Shown in pieces: positions 1 to 9,656 of a DNA stretch of 64,000 nucleotides. Positions within the stretch are counted from its first letter, which is position 1, and each line of letters begins with the position of its first letter. The position numbers and the translations under genes are program-made. Source of the DNA: Candidatus Oxydemutatoraceae bacterium (GTDB taxonomy: Bacteria; Pseudomonadota; Gammaproteobacteria; Poriferisulfidales; Oxydemutatoraceae); NCBI GenBank assembly GCA_965218975.1, contig OZ244717.1, positions 672,001 to 736,000 of the forward strand, read 5' to 3'. The notes below the pieces were generated by a model that ran no database searches, had not been told where the DNA came from, and saw nothing but the letters and a program-made list of their open reading frames with translations.

Positions 1-479
1 GGATTGACTCGTGCAAGTGTCAGTTCCGACATAACCGGCTCGCCGGTATTAGACTTATAATAGTGTAAATTAACAGTATATTCACCCGGCACAACCCGCC
101 TGATCGTCACGACTTCCTGATTGATTGGATTCACGACTCTTTGCCCGTCCAAGTACATTAAGTCGTTGGTTATACCGCGGTCGTCTCTGTCAAGATGCAT
201 AAATCCGTCATCAGTGTTTCTGAACCACACCAGTCGCTTTTCAGGATTTTCCACCCAAACATCAATATCGTCGGGATTATGATCGGGCCACTTTACCGTG
301 ATAACGTATTCCGCTTTCAGATCAATAGTGCCGGTCTTGACAGGCGGATTAAGAAAGACGATGGTGACTAAAAATAAAAAGGTGAAGATCAGTAGAATAT
401 TAAACAATAGATCTGTGAACGGATCTATTTGACTGTTGGCGGTTTTTTGCTTGGGCGTCATCGTTTGCAGCCGGTGCAT
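1..479 (-). CDS. Membrane-anchored protein, ExbD/TolR-like TM segment plus YfaP/DUF2135-like periplasmic domain (runs off window start)
   Basis: Manual translation from ATG 479 (or 461): MHRLQTMTPKQKTANSQIDPFTDLLFNILLIFTFLFLVTIVFLNPP...DDIDVWVENP...LDRDDRG...NQEVVTIRRVVPGEYTVNLHYY; open to base 1; directly downstream of the MotA/TolQ/ExbB gene. Confidence 0.75.
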   Translation of the reverse strand, partial: MHRLQTMTPKQKTANSQIDPFTDLLFNILLIFTFLFLVTIVFLNPPVKTGTIDLKAEYVITVKWPDHNPDDIDVWVENPEKRLVWFRNTDDGFMHLDRDDRGITNDLMYLDGQRVVNPINQEVVTIRRVVPGEYTVNLHYYKSNTGEPVMSELTLARVN

Positions 480-480
480 T

Positions 481-1239
481 CTAGAATCGGACCGTTTCAA
501 TAAAATGAATGGCGTTCGCCAGCAGTTTGTCGGCGCCACGATCGAGTAGCAAATACTGGGCTCCAAGCAACATGGTGCCCAGTAGTCCGACCAAAGTAGT
601 GTTCAGCGCAACCCGCATCCCATGCGTCATTTCACTGAAGAAGAGATGTATCTGGGACGGGTCCAGCGTTACTACGCTTGATACCGAAGACAGCATCAGG
701 ATAAAACCGATCACAGTCCCGAGCAGCCCGAGTTTGACTAATGTGCCGGTGAGAAACCAGCCTGTTTCATGCGGTCCTTTAAGATGCTCAAGCAAAATTT
801 CATCCGACCGCCGGAGTTTTTGTTCGGCGTCCTCAGGTGTGTCGGAGCGGCGATAGCGTAACGCACTGCTTATATAAGCGGCAATCGGTGAGTTATCGAA
901 TTCCGCTACGACGGGATTATGCCGCTGGTTTTGCGGGGACTCCGAGTGCATAGTTTGTGCAATGATTTTTATCAATTCATTGCTTTGCGCCGACAAAAAG
1001 CTGCACCTCAGCGCACAATGCGTAGTGCCGCCTAGAAAAAGCGCGGCAATTACTACTGACAGTCTGGTGATATCGGTTTTTACAATGTTCTGGACGAAAC
1101 CGAAATGCCATGCCATCCATGTGGCAAATATTGATACGGAGATAAATGTCAGCCACTGCAACATCAGTATGGAAGAAAGATGGGGCTGAGCGCAGGAATC
1201 ACCGGCGATCAGACTTGAAGGCTGTGTTATTCGACGCAT
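481..1239 (-). CDS. MotA/TolQ/ExbB proton channel family protein
   Basis: LGLLGTVIGFILML and GMRVALNTTLVGL motifs; several TM helices. Confidence 0.85.
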   Translation of the reverse strand: MRRITQPSSLIAGDSCAQPHLSSILMLQWLTFISVSIFATWMAWHFGFVQNIVKTDITRLSVVIAALFLGGTTHCALRCSFLSAQSNELIKIIAQTMHSESPQNQRHNPVVAEFDNSPIAAYISSALRYRRSDTPEDAEQKLRRSDEILLEHLKGPHETGWFLTGTLVKLGLLGTVIGFILMLSSVSSVVTLDPSQIHLFFSEMTHGMRVALNTTLVGLLGTMLLGAQYLLLDRGADKLLANAIHFIETVRF

Positions 1240-1378
1240 GTCGTCAGCCGGTATGCGATCAAGGCTCGGGTTAACCGAGGAGGAGTGCCGGCAGCCGTTG
1301 TTCTTTTAGACTTGACAGACTGCCCGGTACCAAAGTGCATAATCTCCATACGGGAGTGATCGCGATGAGACATACGGG

Positions 1379-1960
1379 CTAGGGGGATATATTGGTGATA
1401 TACACGGAAACCGCTTTTATATCTGCGTCGCTGAATGTCGCCATCAGGGCACTTTTTGCCGGCGAGTTGTTGCGGGTTTTGTTCTTAAAATCCAGCAGAG
1501 TTTTTTCTACGTAGGACGGATACTGTCCCGCTACTCGCGGCACTCCGCTGGCACCTTCGAAGCCGCCAAGATGGCATTGCACACACTGGCCCTGATTTAC
1601 GATCAGTTCGCCTTTGGCCACGTCTTTTTCGGTCGGCGCCGTAAATTCATTCTGCGGCCATTTCTGTTCGGAAAAGTATTCGGCAATCAACATCAAATCT
1701 TCATTTTCCAGTGTCTGCATAACCGGCTGCATAACCAGGTTTTTACGAGCGCCGCTTTTGAAGTCTCTGAGCTGCAGGTACAAGTAGTATAGATGTTGTC
1801 CGGCGAGGATTGGGTTTTGCGGAATCTTTGATGCTCCGTTCTCGCCGTGGCAGGGGACGCAACTGTGCAGTTTCGTGCGCAGCTCTGCGTATTTGCCCCC
1901 CTCCGGATATACCGCTGCCGCAAGCAGTGTCAAAAACAGGAAGACAACAAAGCGGGTCAC
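1379..1960 (-). CDS. Di-haem cytochrome c (c4/c553 type), probable electron acceptor of the PQQ dehydrogenase
   Basis: Two CxxCH motifs (CVPCH, CVQCH), P-x-LAGQ motifs, signal peptide; likely GTG start at 1960 (ORF track starts 2023). Confidence 0.9.
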   Translation of the reverse strand: MTRFVVFLFLTLLAAAVYPEGGKYAELRTKLHSCVPCHGENGASKIPQNPILAGQHLYYLYLQLRDFKSGARKNLVMQPVMQTLENEDLMLIAEYFSEQKWPQNEFTAPTEKDVAKGELIVNQGQCVQCHLGGFEGASGVPRVAGQYPSYVEKTLLDFKNKTRNNSPAKSALMATFSDADIKAVSVYITNISP

Positions 1961-2038
1961 TATCTGTCCATCCTTGCTGAAAGCACCGCCGTACCGAAAA
2001 CGTACGGCGGTGCTTAAGGCCAATAACTAATGCGGTTT

Positions 2039-3730
2039 TTAGTGGTCCAATTTATACGCGATGATCTCGTTGCCGCGTTTGTAGTTCAACTGAACATTCC
2101 CGCCGGCGGCCACCACAATATATTGGTTTCCGGCTACGTTATATGACGACGGCGGTGCGTTCACGCCGGCTTCCGCCTTGTCCTGCCACATCAGTTCCCC
2201 GGTACTCGAGTCATAGGCTCTGAACATGCCGTTACCTTCGCCGGTAAAGACCAGACCGCCACCGGTTGCCAGAATACCCCCGATCATCGGCTGTTCGGTT
2301 TTAACCTTCCATTTGATTTTGCCGGTATTGTAATCGACAGCTGTGACGTTGCCCCATTGCTCCTCACTGGGAATGACCTTAAACGCGCCCCCAAGCCAAA
2401 GCTTGCCGCCGGGGTAAGGGGTTTCTTCGACGTGATAGGTCATCGGTTGATGGAGGTTAATCGCATAAGCTAGGTTTTGATGCGGGTCAATGGCCATAGG
2501 TGACCATTCCACTCCGCCGTTGGCGCCCGGCAACATGCGGGCGCCTTCTTTCGTCGGTAGCACCCAACGGCTTTCCTGAGACACCATGGGCTCGGAGAAT
2601 CTGATCAGCGAGCAGTCGCTTGCGCGGTGAACATAAATATAACCTGTTTTACCGCCGTGCAGCACGCCCTTGACCATATTGCCGTCGTTGTCTTTGACCA
2701 TAGTCAGAATCGGCGGACTGACTGCGTCAAGGTCCCAAACATCATGGGCAATATACTGGAAGTGACAACGGTATTCCCCGGTTTGCAGGTCGACCGCCAC
2801 CAGAGAATCGGTGTAGAGGTTGTCGCCCGGGCGAATCGCGCCGTATAAATCCGGCGAAGGGTTGCCGGCAACAAAGTAGACTATATCGTTAGAACGGTCC
2901 ACCGCCATGTTTTGCCAGACGCCGCCGCCAAGGGTTTTATAAGGGTCGCCCATTTCCTTCAGCATTGCTTTTTCCGCTTCAATATCGCGATGCATATACA
3001 TGCCGGTAGCGTCCTTTGTTGCCCAAACGCCTACCGAGTTTTCCGGTACGGTGTGAAAAGTCCACAATAGTTTGCCGCTATCGACGTCATACGCTTTCAC
3101 AAAGCCGCGAATACCGTATTCTCCTCCATTGGTGCCGATCAACACTTTGCCGTCCACAACTGTAGGCGCCATTGTTTCGCTGTAGCCAAGTGCAGGGTCG
3201 GCAATTTTTGTTTCCCATATCAACTTGCCGGTTTTGGCATCCAGCGCCAGCAGTTTGGCATCCAGCGTTGCCATGAAGACCTTGTTGCCATAAGCAAATG
3301 CGCCTCGGTTGTTCGGACCGCAACAGTAGGTAGTGATCGGACCCATTGTGTGTTTGTAATGCCATAATTGTTCGCCGGTTTTCGCATTAAGCGCATAAAT
3401 ATGATTGAACGAAGTCGTAACATACATCACGCCATTGACAATGATCGGCGATACTTCCAGTGACTCGACAATCTCGGTTTTGAATACCCAGGCACGTTTT
3501 AGCCCGTGTACATTATGGCGATTAATCTGTTGCGCCGGATAGTAACGGGTTTGATTATAGTTCCCGTTCGTATGCAGAAAATTATTCGAGTCGCCCGCCG
3601 CATGATCAAGCATGTCTTGTGTTACGGTCAGCATGTCGCCATACATGACACCTGTTTCGGTTTCTCCTGCCACAGCGCTAGCGGATAGCACGAGCACTAG
3701 TCCTAAGATGAACGTTTTTAAGTAAGTCAT
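2039..3730 (-). CDS. PQQ-dependent alcohol dehydrogenase family quinoprotein
   Basis: Signal peptide, vicinal CC (YCCGPNNRG), PQQ propeller repeats ([11 protein letters not shown]), [16 protein letters not shown]; ATG 3730 follows a GAGGGG RBS. Confidence 0.92.
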   Translation of the reverse strand: MTYLKTFILGLVLVLSASAVAGETETGVMYGDMLTVTQDMLDHAAGDSNNFLHTNGNYNQTRYYPAQQINRHNVHGLKRAWVFKTEIVESLEVSPIIVNGVMYVTTSFNHIYALNAKTGEQLWHYKHTMGPITTYCCGPNNRGAFAYGNKVFMATLDAKLLALDAKTGKLIWETKIADPALGYSETMAPTVVDGKVLIGTNGGEYGIRGFVKAYDVDSGKLLWTFHTVPENSVGVWATKDATGMYMHRDIEAEKAMLKEMGDPYKTLGGGVWQNMAVDRSNDIVYFVAGNPSPDLYGAIRPGDNLYTDSLVAVDLQTGEYRCHFQYIAHDVWDLDAVSPPILTMVKDNDGNMVKGVLHGGKTGYIYVHRASDCSLIRFSEPMVSQESRWVLPTKEGARMLPGANGGVEWSPMAIDPHQNLAYAINLHQPMTYHVEETPYPGGKLWLGGAFKVIPSEEQWGNVTAVDYNTGKIKWKVKTEQPMIGGILATGGGLVFTGEGNGMFRAYDSSTGELMWQDKAEAGVNAPPSSYNVAGNQYIVVAAGGNVQLNYKRGNEIIAYKLDH

Positions 3731-3847
3731 TTCTTTTCCCCTCGAGAAGTTGTGGGTTAGCAGTGAATGTTTATCTAACCACATTATAATATACCAAAGT
3801 AATAGTACCAGAATATTATATCGGGCGTCGGGCGAATACTTTTTACT

Positions 3848-3915
3848 AAAAAGTGGCCGATACGCAATAGCAACACATCGGCCACCGCATCAAAGACTTA
3901 CTAATGAGCCATTTA
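3848..3915. repeat. Degenerate copy of dispersed hairpin element A; hairpin + T-run on the minus strand could terminate the glycosyltransferase transcript
   Basis: gtggccgatacg...cacatcggccaccgcatcaaag matches copies at 30811, 32098, 32790, 39897. Confidence 0.7.
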
Positions 3916-4054
3916 ACTAACAAATCTTCGGCAACAGAGTACCTGCTGTTGCTATACTTATCCGAAATGCCTCAAGATGAATGCTTATCGCGTTAAACGT
4001 TGATTGCGAACGACTCTCAGAAGACCGGAATGTAATGTATCGACATTGTGCAAT

Positions 4055-5305
4055 TTAATCTTCAGATAAATTTGCTATTTTGAGCGCCGCAGCCATTTCT
4101 TCGTCATACTCATGGAGCATAGGATCATATTTTTTTGGTATTAAACGTTCACGCCTTGATACGGTCCAAGGATTTGTTAGCCCTTCATAATGGTTGAAAT
4201 ATAATTCATTGTCTATGTACTTTTTATAATATCTGTCGTATAAAAAAGGTTTCCTTTTTACTTTTACTATCCTAAGCAGAAAGAGTTTCAATAACTGCTT
4301 AGTTCTTTCTATAAAATATGCCTCAATTTTCCGCCGGCCGGACGGAAGAATATTTCCGTGAAAGCCGATAGATATTTTTAACCTTTTTTCATAGCGATAA
4401 ATGTTTTTTGGACATGAATTGCCATAATGATTAGTACTACGGTACGGAAAATGAAAAACTCTATTTTGAGCGGCGGTTTTCACATGAGCTCCATCCGCAT
4501 ATACGGTCGGCATCCATTTCCCCGTGATCATCAAGTTAAGCGTGGATGCTCTGGTTTTATCGTTCAAATATCCGAACAAAGGTTTATTGCTAGGATTTAC
4601 TAGGAATTCATCGACATCAAAATTCAAGTAATAAAATGTTTGATTTCTTAGTATTTGATAGCAGTGGTTTAATGCCGCTGTTTTTGCGACTCGGCAATTG
4701 GCCGTCAGAAAGGGAAAATCCCAAGATACAATTCTAATTTCAAGCTTGGGGCTTAGATTATGTAATCCTTGCGCCAATTCGTCCAAATTATCACTGCCGT
4801 TATCGTATATAACAATATATGGCACCTGATGAACACGATGATAATACAAACACCAATCCTTGATTTGCCGGATATGGGTGTTTTTCTGCACAGTTACCAA
4901 AGCCATACCGACGGATTTCTTGAGGGAGAAAAACAGGTTGGGGCGAACCTGAGTCTGATAACTAAAAGAGCCTTGCCTAAATTCGATAGGAATATTACTT
5001 TCCCGATCGATAGTCCGAGCGGGCAAATTTATTTCTAACAGGTTTAATCGCACGGCTTTTCCAAAGCTTGGGCTAAGGTTATAAGGTATCTCTCTGGATG
5101 TATATTTGACTTGCTTTCCTCGGCAAAAAATTTCTATCAAAGAGGTGCTTTCATCATCCGCCTCGCGCGGCGTAGCGAATATTGCAATAATCTTTTTATC
5201 GCTAATGGTTCTAAAAATATCGTAGATACGAGGAATGGCAGAGTGTGTCTCAGTTTTTTTATTCCATTGCATCCCTTGCGGGTAATAAACTTCAATCATT
5301 TTCAA
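4055..5305 (-). CDS. Glycosyltransferase (GT-A fold, family 92/2-like), AT-rich
   Basis: IKDWCLYY, IVIYDNGS, ALNHC, FDVDEFL (DxD) motifs. Confidence 0.75.
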   Translation of the reverse strand: MKMIEVYYPQGMQWNKKTETHSAIPRIYDIFRTISDKKIIAIFATPREADDESTSLIEIFCRGKQVKYTSREIPYNLSPSFGKAVRLNLLEINLPARTIDRESNIPIEFRQGSFSYQTQVRPNLFFSLKKSVGMALVTVQKNTHIRQIKDWCLYYHRVHQVPYIVIYDNGSDNLDELAQGLHNLSPKLEIRIVSWDFPFLTANCRVAKTAALNHCYQILRNQTFYYLNFDVDEFLVNPSNKPLFGYLNDKTRASTLNLMITGKWMPTVYADGAHVKTAAQNRVFHFPYRSTNHYGNSCPKNIYRYEKRLKISIGFHGNILPSGRRKIEAYFIERTKQLLKLFLLRIVKVKRKPFLYDRYYKKYIDNELYFNHYEGLTNPWTVSRRERLIPKKYDPMLHEYDEEMAAALKIANLSED

Positions 5306-5546
5306 TAGAGTGCTTTAACTTCAGACTAATAAAATTCATTGAGGACCGAGCAAATTTTTACCATCAAGAAATTTATAAGCGGTAGATATTATAGTACTAA
5401 ATGCTCCTACGGTAGAAAGGAAATATACAATGCCAATACATTGCGGATAAATTCGAGGGACCTGCAAGCAAGGTCAGTCGCAGCGCTTTGTACACCTGAC
5501 GAAACCGTTATCGGGAAAGCAAGTTGACTGGGCTGCACGATAGGAG

Positions 5547-5765
5547 CAAAGTGCCTGTCGTCCGTGACGCGACTGGGTTCTGTCAACAAGCCCCAGCCCC
5601 GACGTCCTTGTCGGGTCGTTCACCGCTGAAAACCAATTGGTTTTCCGGGCGCGTCTCACCCATGACGAGACTTGGTTCTGTCAATGAGTGCCGGCCTCGA
5701 CGTCCTTGGCGGGTCGCTCGCCGCTGAAAACCGATCGGTTTTCCGGGCGCGTCTCACCCTGCGCC
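5547..5765. repeat. Dispersed palindromic element C (two ~97-bp X modules)
   Basis: gacgcgactgggttctgtcaacaagccccagccccgacgtccttgtcgggtcgttcaccgctgaaaaccaattggttttccgggcgcgtctcacc; near-identical at 27184, 40250, 41630. Confidence 0.9.
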
Positions 5766-5782
5766 GGATAGAATGCACAGTA

Positions 5783-6060
5783 TTTCCTTACCCGGTTCAT
5801 GCGCTGCTCGCCGACAGCGGCAGCGGATTAAAGGGTGAGTTTGACTGAGTCGTCAAACGTATGCCTGCTGTCGAACATGGGTTGACTTATCCTAAGTGTC
5901 CGAAGATGAATGCTCGCATTGAACGTTTCAACCGTACCCTGCAAGAAGACTTTACGGACTACAATTGAATTCAACGAGCGTTTATGGTCATACTCGCAGT
6001 GGTACAATATGCGTCGGCCACATGCCGGTTTAGGTCGACAGCTGCCGTGCCGGACGTTGG
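5783..6060 (+). pseudogene. IS481/IS3-type transposase (integrase core) C-terminal remnant
   Basis: FPYPVHALLADSGSGLKGEFD*...TYPKCPKMNARIERFNRTLQEDF, then a frameshift to EFNERLWSYSQWYNMRRPHAGLG; internal stop and frameshift. Confidence 0.8.
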
Positions 6061-6235
6061 TCCCAAACAACCCTAAAAATCCGGAATGGACCGGTATCGT
6101 ACAAAACGGTTCACAATAACTTTTTTTTGGGTATAATCTAACAGTTGAAATCCAACATATATCTAAATATATATATCCTAATAGAGTTAGATAAACAACT
6201 AATAGAATTAGATAAACCACAACGGAGTTTTTATT

Positions 6236-7663
6236 ATGGCGAAACAACTTAAAAATTTATGCTTGGCGGTGCTCGTCGGCATGTTCGTTAACACTGCGGT
6301 CTTTGCCGACGCTTTCGAAGGTCTTTCCATGATGCGCATGGGCGCCTGGGACGTTGACTTCAGCGGCAATGTAAACGGGTTTGCTACAATCATATCGTGT
6401 GATGCCCCAAGTGGCGGCGGTCAGGTCGCGCATGGTCTTGCATGCGGTTCCGACGGTGTCGATGACGATGACACCAACAATGTCCAAACCGGTCTGTTGC
6501 CGTCGTGGTTTAATTTTTCCGCGGCCACGCTAACCGACAGCGGAATTAAAACCGGCGTGCATTTGAGCTTTCAGCCGGGGATTGACACTGCCTCTCCTTT
6601 TGGGGGACCTTTAGACGCCGCACTGGGTCTGAACGCCTCCAACTTCAGGCAGGTGTTCCTGACTTGGGGCAGTGACAGCATGGGTACGTTCAAAATCGGT
6701 CGCGACCTCGGTCTTTTCGGTTCCGATGCAATCCTGAGCGACATGACACTGCTTGGCGTCGGCACAGTTTCCGACTTGACACAAAGGGGCGGCAATACGA
6801 CTTTAGGCCGTATCGGTATCGGCTATCTTTATGCCGACTGGAAATCCCAGGTGCAGTACAAATCGCCGAACTTGAACGGTTTCTCATTTACTGCCGCATT
6901 GGTGGATCCCTGGGGCGCCGACAGCTTGGCTAACGGCACAGGTGCGTGCGGCCCGGAGAAAGAGTTTGTTCTAGACCCAGAAACAGGAAAAATAGAGGGA
7001 GGGAACAAGTGTTCTTATAGTGCAACGCATGGTAATGGTCAAGAAGGCGACACCTACGGGTTTGAAGCCAAAGTCAATTACAACACCGAGCTCGAAGGCA
7101 GTTCGCTCGCGTTGTGGGCCAGCTATATCAGACAGGAAGTGGACTTTGGAGACGCCGAAGTGGAGGATCCGAGGGACCCCAACAAAACGATCCGACTTAG
7201 GAGTCCGGATGCCGACGGTTTTGACGTCGGCGCCAAGCTCGCATTCGGCGGCTTTGACGTGGTCGGCTATTACTACGACGGCGAGGGTATCGGTTCAACC
7301 GGTTTCCTGCTGGACGGTATTGATGCAGTCGGCGAAGAGCGTGATTCGAACGGCTATTATTTCCAAGCTCGTTATCGGATGCCGACAACGGGTACTTTGT
7401 TCGGCTTTAGCTATGGCGAAAGCACCCTTGATGAAAGCGGCTACGACGAGTGGATGCGCACCAAGCTTGATTCGAACATGATGCGCGTGAACCCCGGTTA
7501 TTCCCTGCTTGACAGCAATGAGTCGTGGATAGTCGGAGTTTACCATCCGATCGGAGAAGCTTTGAACCTGGTTGCCGAGTACACCAGCACCGAAGCCGAA
7601 TCGCATGACGGTAACGAAGCCGAAGAAGACGTATTCGCGCTCGGCGCGATTATGTTCTTTTAA
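6236..7663 (+). CDS. Outer-membrane porin
   Basis: Signal peptide, amphipathic beta strands, FRQVFLTWG...GRDLGLF, YKSPNLNGFSF, C-terminal Phe; GGAG RBS. Confidence 0.9.
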   Translation: MAKQLKNLCLAVLVGMFVNTAVFADAFEGLSMMRMGAWDVDFSGNVNGFATIISCDAPSGGGQVAHGLACGSDGVDDDDTNNVQTGLLPSWFNFSAATLTDSGIKTGVHLSFQPGIDTASPFGGPLDAALGLNASNFRQVFLTWGSDSMGTFKIGRDLGLFGSDAILSDMTLLGVGTVSDLTQRGGNTTLGRIGIGYLYADWKSQVQYKSPNLNGFSFTAALVDPWGADSLANGTGACGPEKEFVLDPETGKIEGGNKCSYSATHGNGQEGDTYGFEAKVNYNTELEGSSLALWASYIRQEVDFGDAEVEDPRDPNKTIRLRSPDADGFDVGAKLAFGGFDVVGYYYDGEGIGSTGFLLDGIDAVGEERDSNGYYFQARYRMPTTGTLFGFSYGESTLDESGYDEWMRTKLDSNMMRVNPGYSLLDSNESWIVGVYHPIGEALNLVAEYTSTEAESHDGNEAEEDVFALGAIMFF

Positions 7664-7689
7664 GCGAACAATCGTTTTTGCTTAAAGAG

Positions 7690-7721
7690 ACGGCGCACGG
7701 CCCGGCTGTGCGCCGTTTTTT
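7690..7721 (+). terminator. Rho-independent terminator after porin
   Basis: acggcgcacggc-ccg-gctgtgcgccgt followed by a T-run. Confidence 0.85.
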
Positions 7722-7754
7722 GTGCCGAACAACGCGACGTAGTACAATCGCCCC

Positions 7755-8564
7755 ATGTTCAGCTTGCTTTCGCACCGCCGCACAACAAAATATGTATCAG
7801 CGCTCGCGCTGCTGCTGCTTGTTTCGCCATACTCTCATACGGCTGCCGCGATACAGAAAAACGTCAATGAGTTCGTTCAACTAGTCGTGCGCGACGGCGC
7901 ACCACAAGCCACCAACCGGCATCCGTTCAAGATAAAGTCGCGAAAACTGATGCAAACCCTGTTGAAGCTACGGGCAGCACCCGCTTCAAAACGCGCATTC
8001 AATACCAAAGACACTGCGCAAATATTTTCCGCCGACGTTGCCGAACGACTCGGTGCAGACCTTGCAAGCGCTCTTCGTCGCGCACAGCCGAATCAGGACA
8101 TTATGTTCCAAGTGATCGACGTTGCCCCGTTCCTAGGCAAACTGCTCGACAAAGACGTTATTATTAACGGGCGAGTGTTCTGGCGCCGCGCCCGTCTGAA
8201 TATCATTTTCGGAGCGATACGCCATACACCCAAAAAACGCTGGATGCTTGGCCGCGTCGTTCGCATCGTTGACCCGCCTACGTTACCGACGAGAAACAAA
8301 GCTGCAACGCTGAAGTACCGCATTATTGCGGAGCCGGGAATTAGTCTGGCCAAAACCCGTTCCGGCGCCACACGTGCCGATTGGGTCAAAATCAATCTCA
8401 GCCGCATCGGCGGCGCGGTTCAAGCCGATACCGGATCGGCCGCCGCAACACCGGCGCTGTCGCTTGAGGCGCGCCTCAAAAAACTGAAAGCGCTACGCGA
8501 CAAAAACCTGATTTCCGAACAGCAATACCGGAAGAAGGCACGACAAATTCTTGACGAACTATAA
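7755..8564 (+). CDS. Secreted protein with C-terminal SHOCT domain
   Basis: Signal peptide; C-terminal LEARLKKLKALRDKNLISEQQYRKKARQILDEL. Confidence 0.8.
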   Translation: MFSLLSHRRTTKYVSALALLLLVSPYSHTAAAIQKNVNEFVQLVVRDGAPQATNRHPFKIKSRKLMQTLLKLRAAPASKRAFNTKDTAQIFSADVAERLGADLASALRRAQPNQDIMFQVIDVAPFLGKLLDKDVIINGRVFWRRARLNIIFGAIRHTPKKRWMLGRVVRIVDPPTLPTRNKAATLKYRIIAEPGISLAKTRSGATRADWVKINLSRIGGAVQADTGSAAATPALSLEARLKKLKALRDKNLISEQQYRKKARQILDEL

Positions 8565-8567
8565 GAG

Positions 8568-9617
8568 GTGACCATGCTACACAACGAGTTTTACAGCCGG
8601 AAAAACCATAAAGAATATGCCTTGTTTGATTTAGGCGATTTCGAACTTGAGTGCGGCGACGTGCTGCCCGATTGCAAGCTGGCCTATGCAACGCTCGGCA
8701 AGCTGAATGACGCTAGAGATAATGCTGTTTTATTCCCGGTGATGTTCTCGGGTACCAGCGGAAGCCTGCAACACTTCGTCGGCACAGGCCTTGCGCTTGA
8801 CCCGGATAACTATTGCATCATTATTCCGAATCAGCTGGGCAACGGTCTGTCTAGTTCGCCGCACAATACTCCTGCGCCATACGGCATGTCGGCATTTCCG
8901 GCGCTTGACATAGCGGACGACGTGCGTGCCCAGCATCGCCTGCTAAGCGAACGTTTCGGCATCGAAAAACTGGCATTGGTTACGGGTTGGTCTATGGGCG
9001 CGCAACAAACATACGAGTGGGCGGTGCGCTACCCGAACATGGTTGCTCGCGCCGCACCGATCGCGGGCACAGCGAAAGTCACCCCGCATGATGCGTTGTA
9101 TGTGGATACTTTCTGCACAGCCTTAAAGTCTGACCCGGCATGGGACAACGGCGAATACACCGAACCGCATGCCGTAGAAACCGGGCTACGCAGACTTGCA
9201 CATGTTTTTGCGCTGATGGGTGTCTCTTCCGAATTTTATAAACAGGAATTGTGGAAAAAACTTGACATCCCGTCGCAACAGGCGTTTTTGACCGATTTCT
9301 GGGAAAAATGGTTTTTGCAGATGGACCCAAACGCTTTGCTGTGCATGGCGGATAAATGGAAGAATGGAGATGTGAGTGCGCCCTACGGCAACGACCTGGC
9401 AAAAGCGTTCGGCAGAATTACCGCAAAGACTACCGTGATTGCATTTTCGGAGGATATGTTTATTCCTCTACGCGATTGCCGCGTCGAGCAGGCGCTGATC
9501 CCCGGCAGCAAACTTGAAGCACTGGACAGCCTCTGGGGACACTTCACAATGATGGGTTTATTCTCGGAGGACTTCAAGCGGATCGATAATATTCTCAAAG
9601 AGCTACTGGCAAGTTAG
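8568..9617 (+). CDS. Alpha/beta hydrolase, homoserine O-acetyltransferase (MetX)-like family
   Basis: LAYATLGKLN, GNGLSSSP, nucleophile GWSMGA, WGH; substrate uncertain. Confidence 0.8.
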   Translation: MTMLHNEFYSRKNHKEYALFDLGDFELECGDVLPDCKLAYATLGKLNDARDNAVLFPVMFSGTSGSLQHFVGTGLALDPDNYCIIIPNQLGNGLSSSPHNTPAPYGMSAFPALDIADDVRAQHRLLSERFGIEKLALVTGWSMGAQQTYEWAVRYPNMVARAAPIAGTAKVTPHDALYVDTFCTALKSDPAWDNGEYTEPHAVETGLRRLAHVFALMGVSSEFYKQELWKKLDIPSQQAFLTDFWEKWFLQMDPNALLCMADKWKNGDVSAPYGNDLAKAFGRITAKTTVIAFSEDMFIPLRDCRVEQALIPGSKLEALDSLWGHFTMMGLFSEDFKRIDNILKELLAS

Positions 9618-9656
9618 CCCAAGTTAGACTCGGGGGACATCAACGGGAGCTGTCCT

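Noticed and set aside
8568-9617. Assigning metX
   Set aside because: Fold and nucleophile motif fit, but it resembles the broader MetX-like hydrolase group; the substrate cannot be determined
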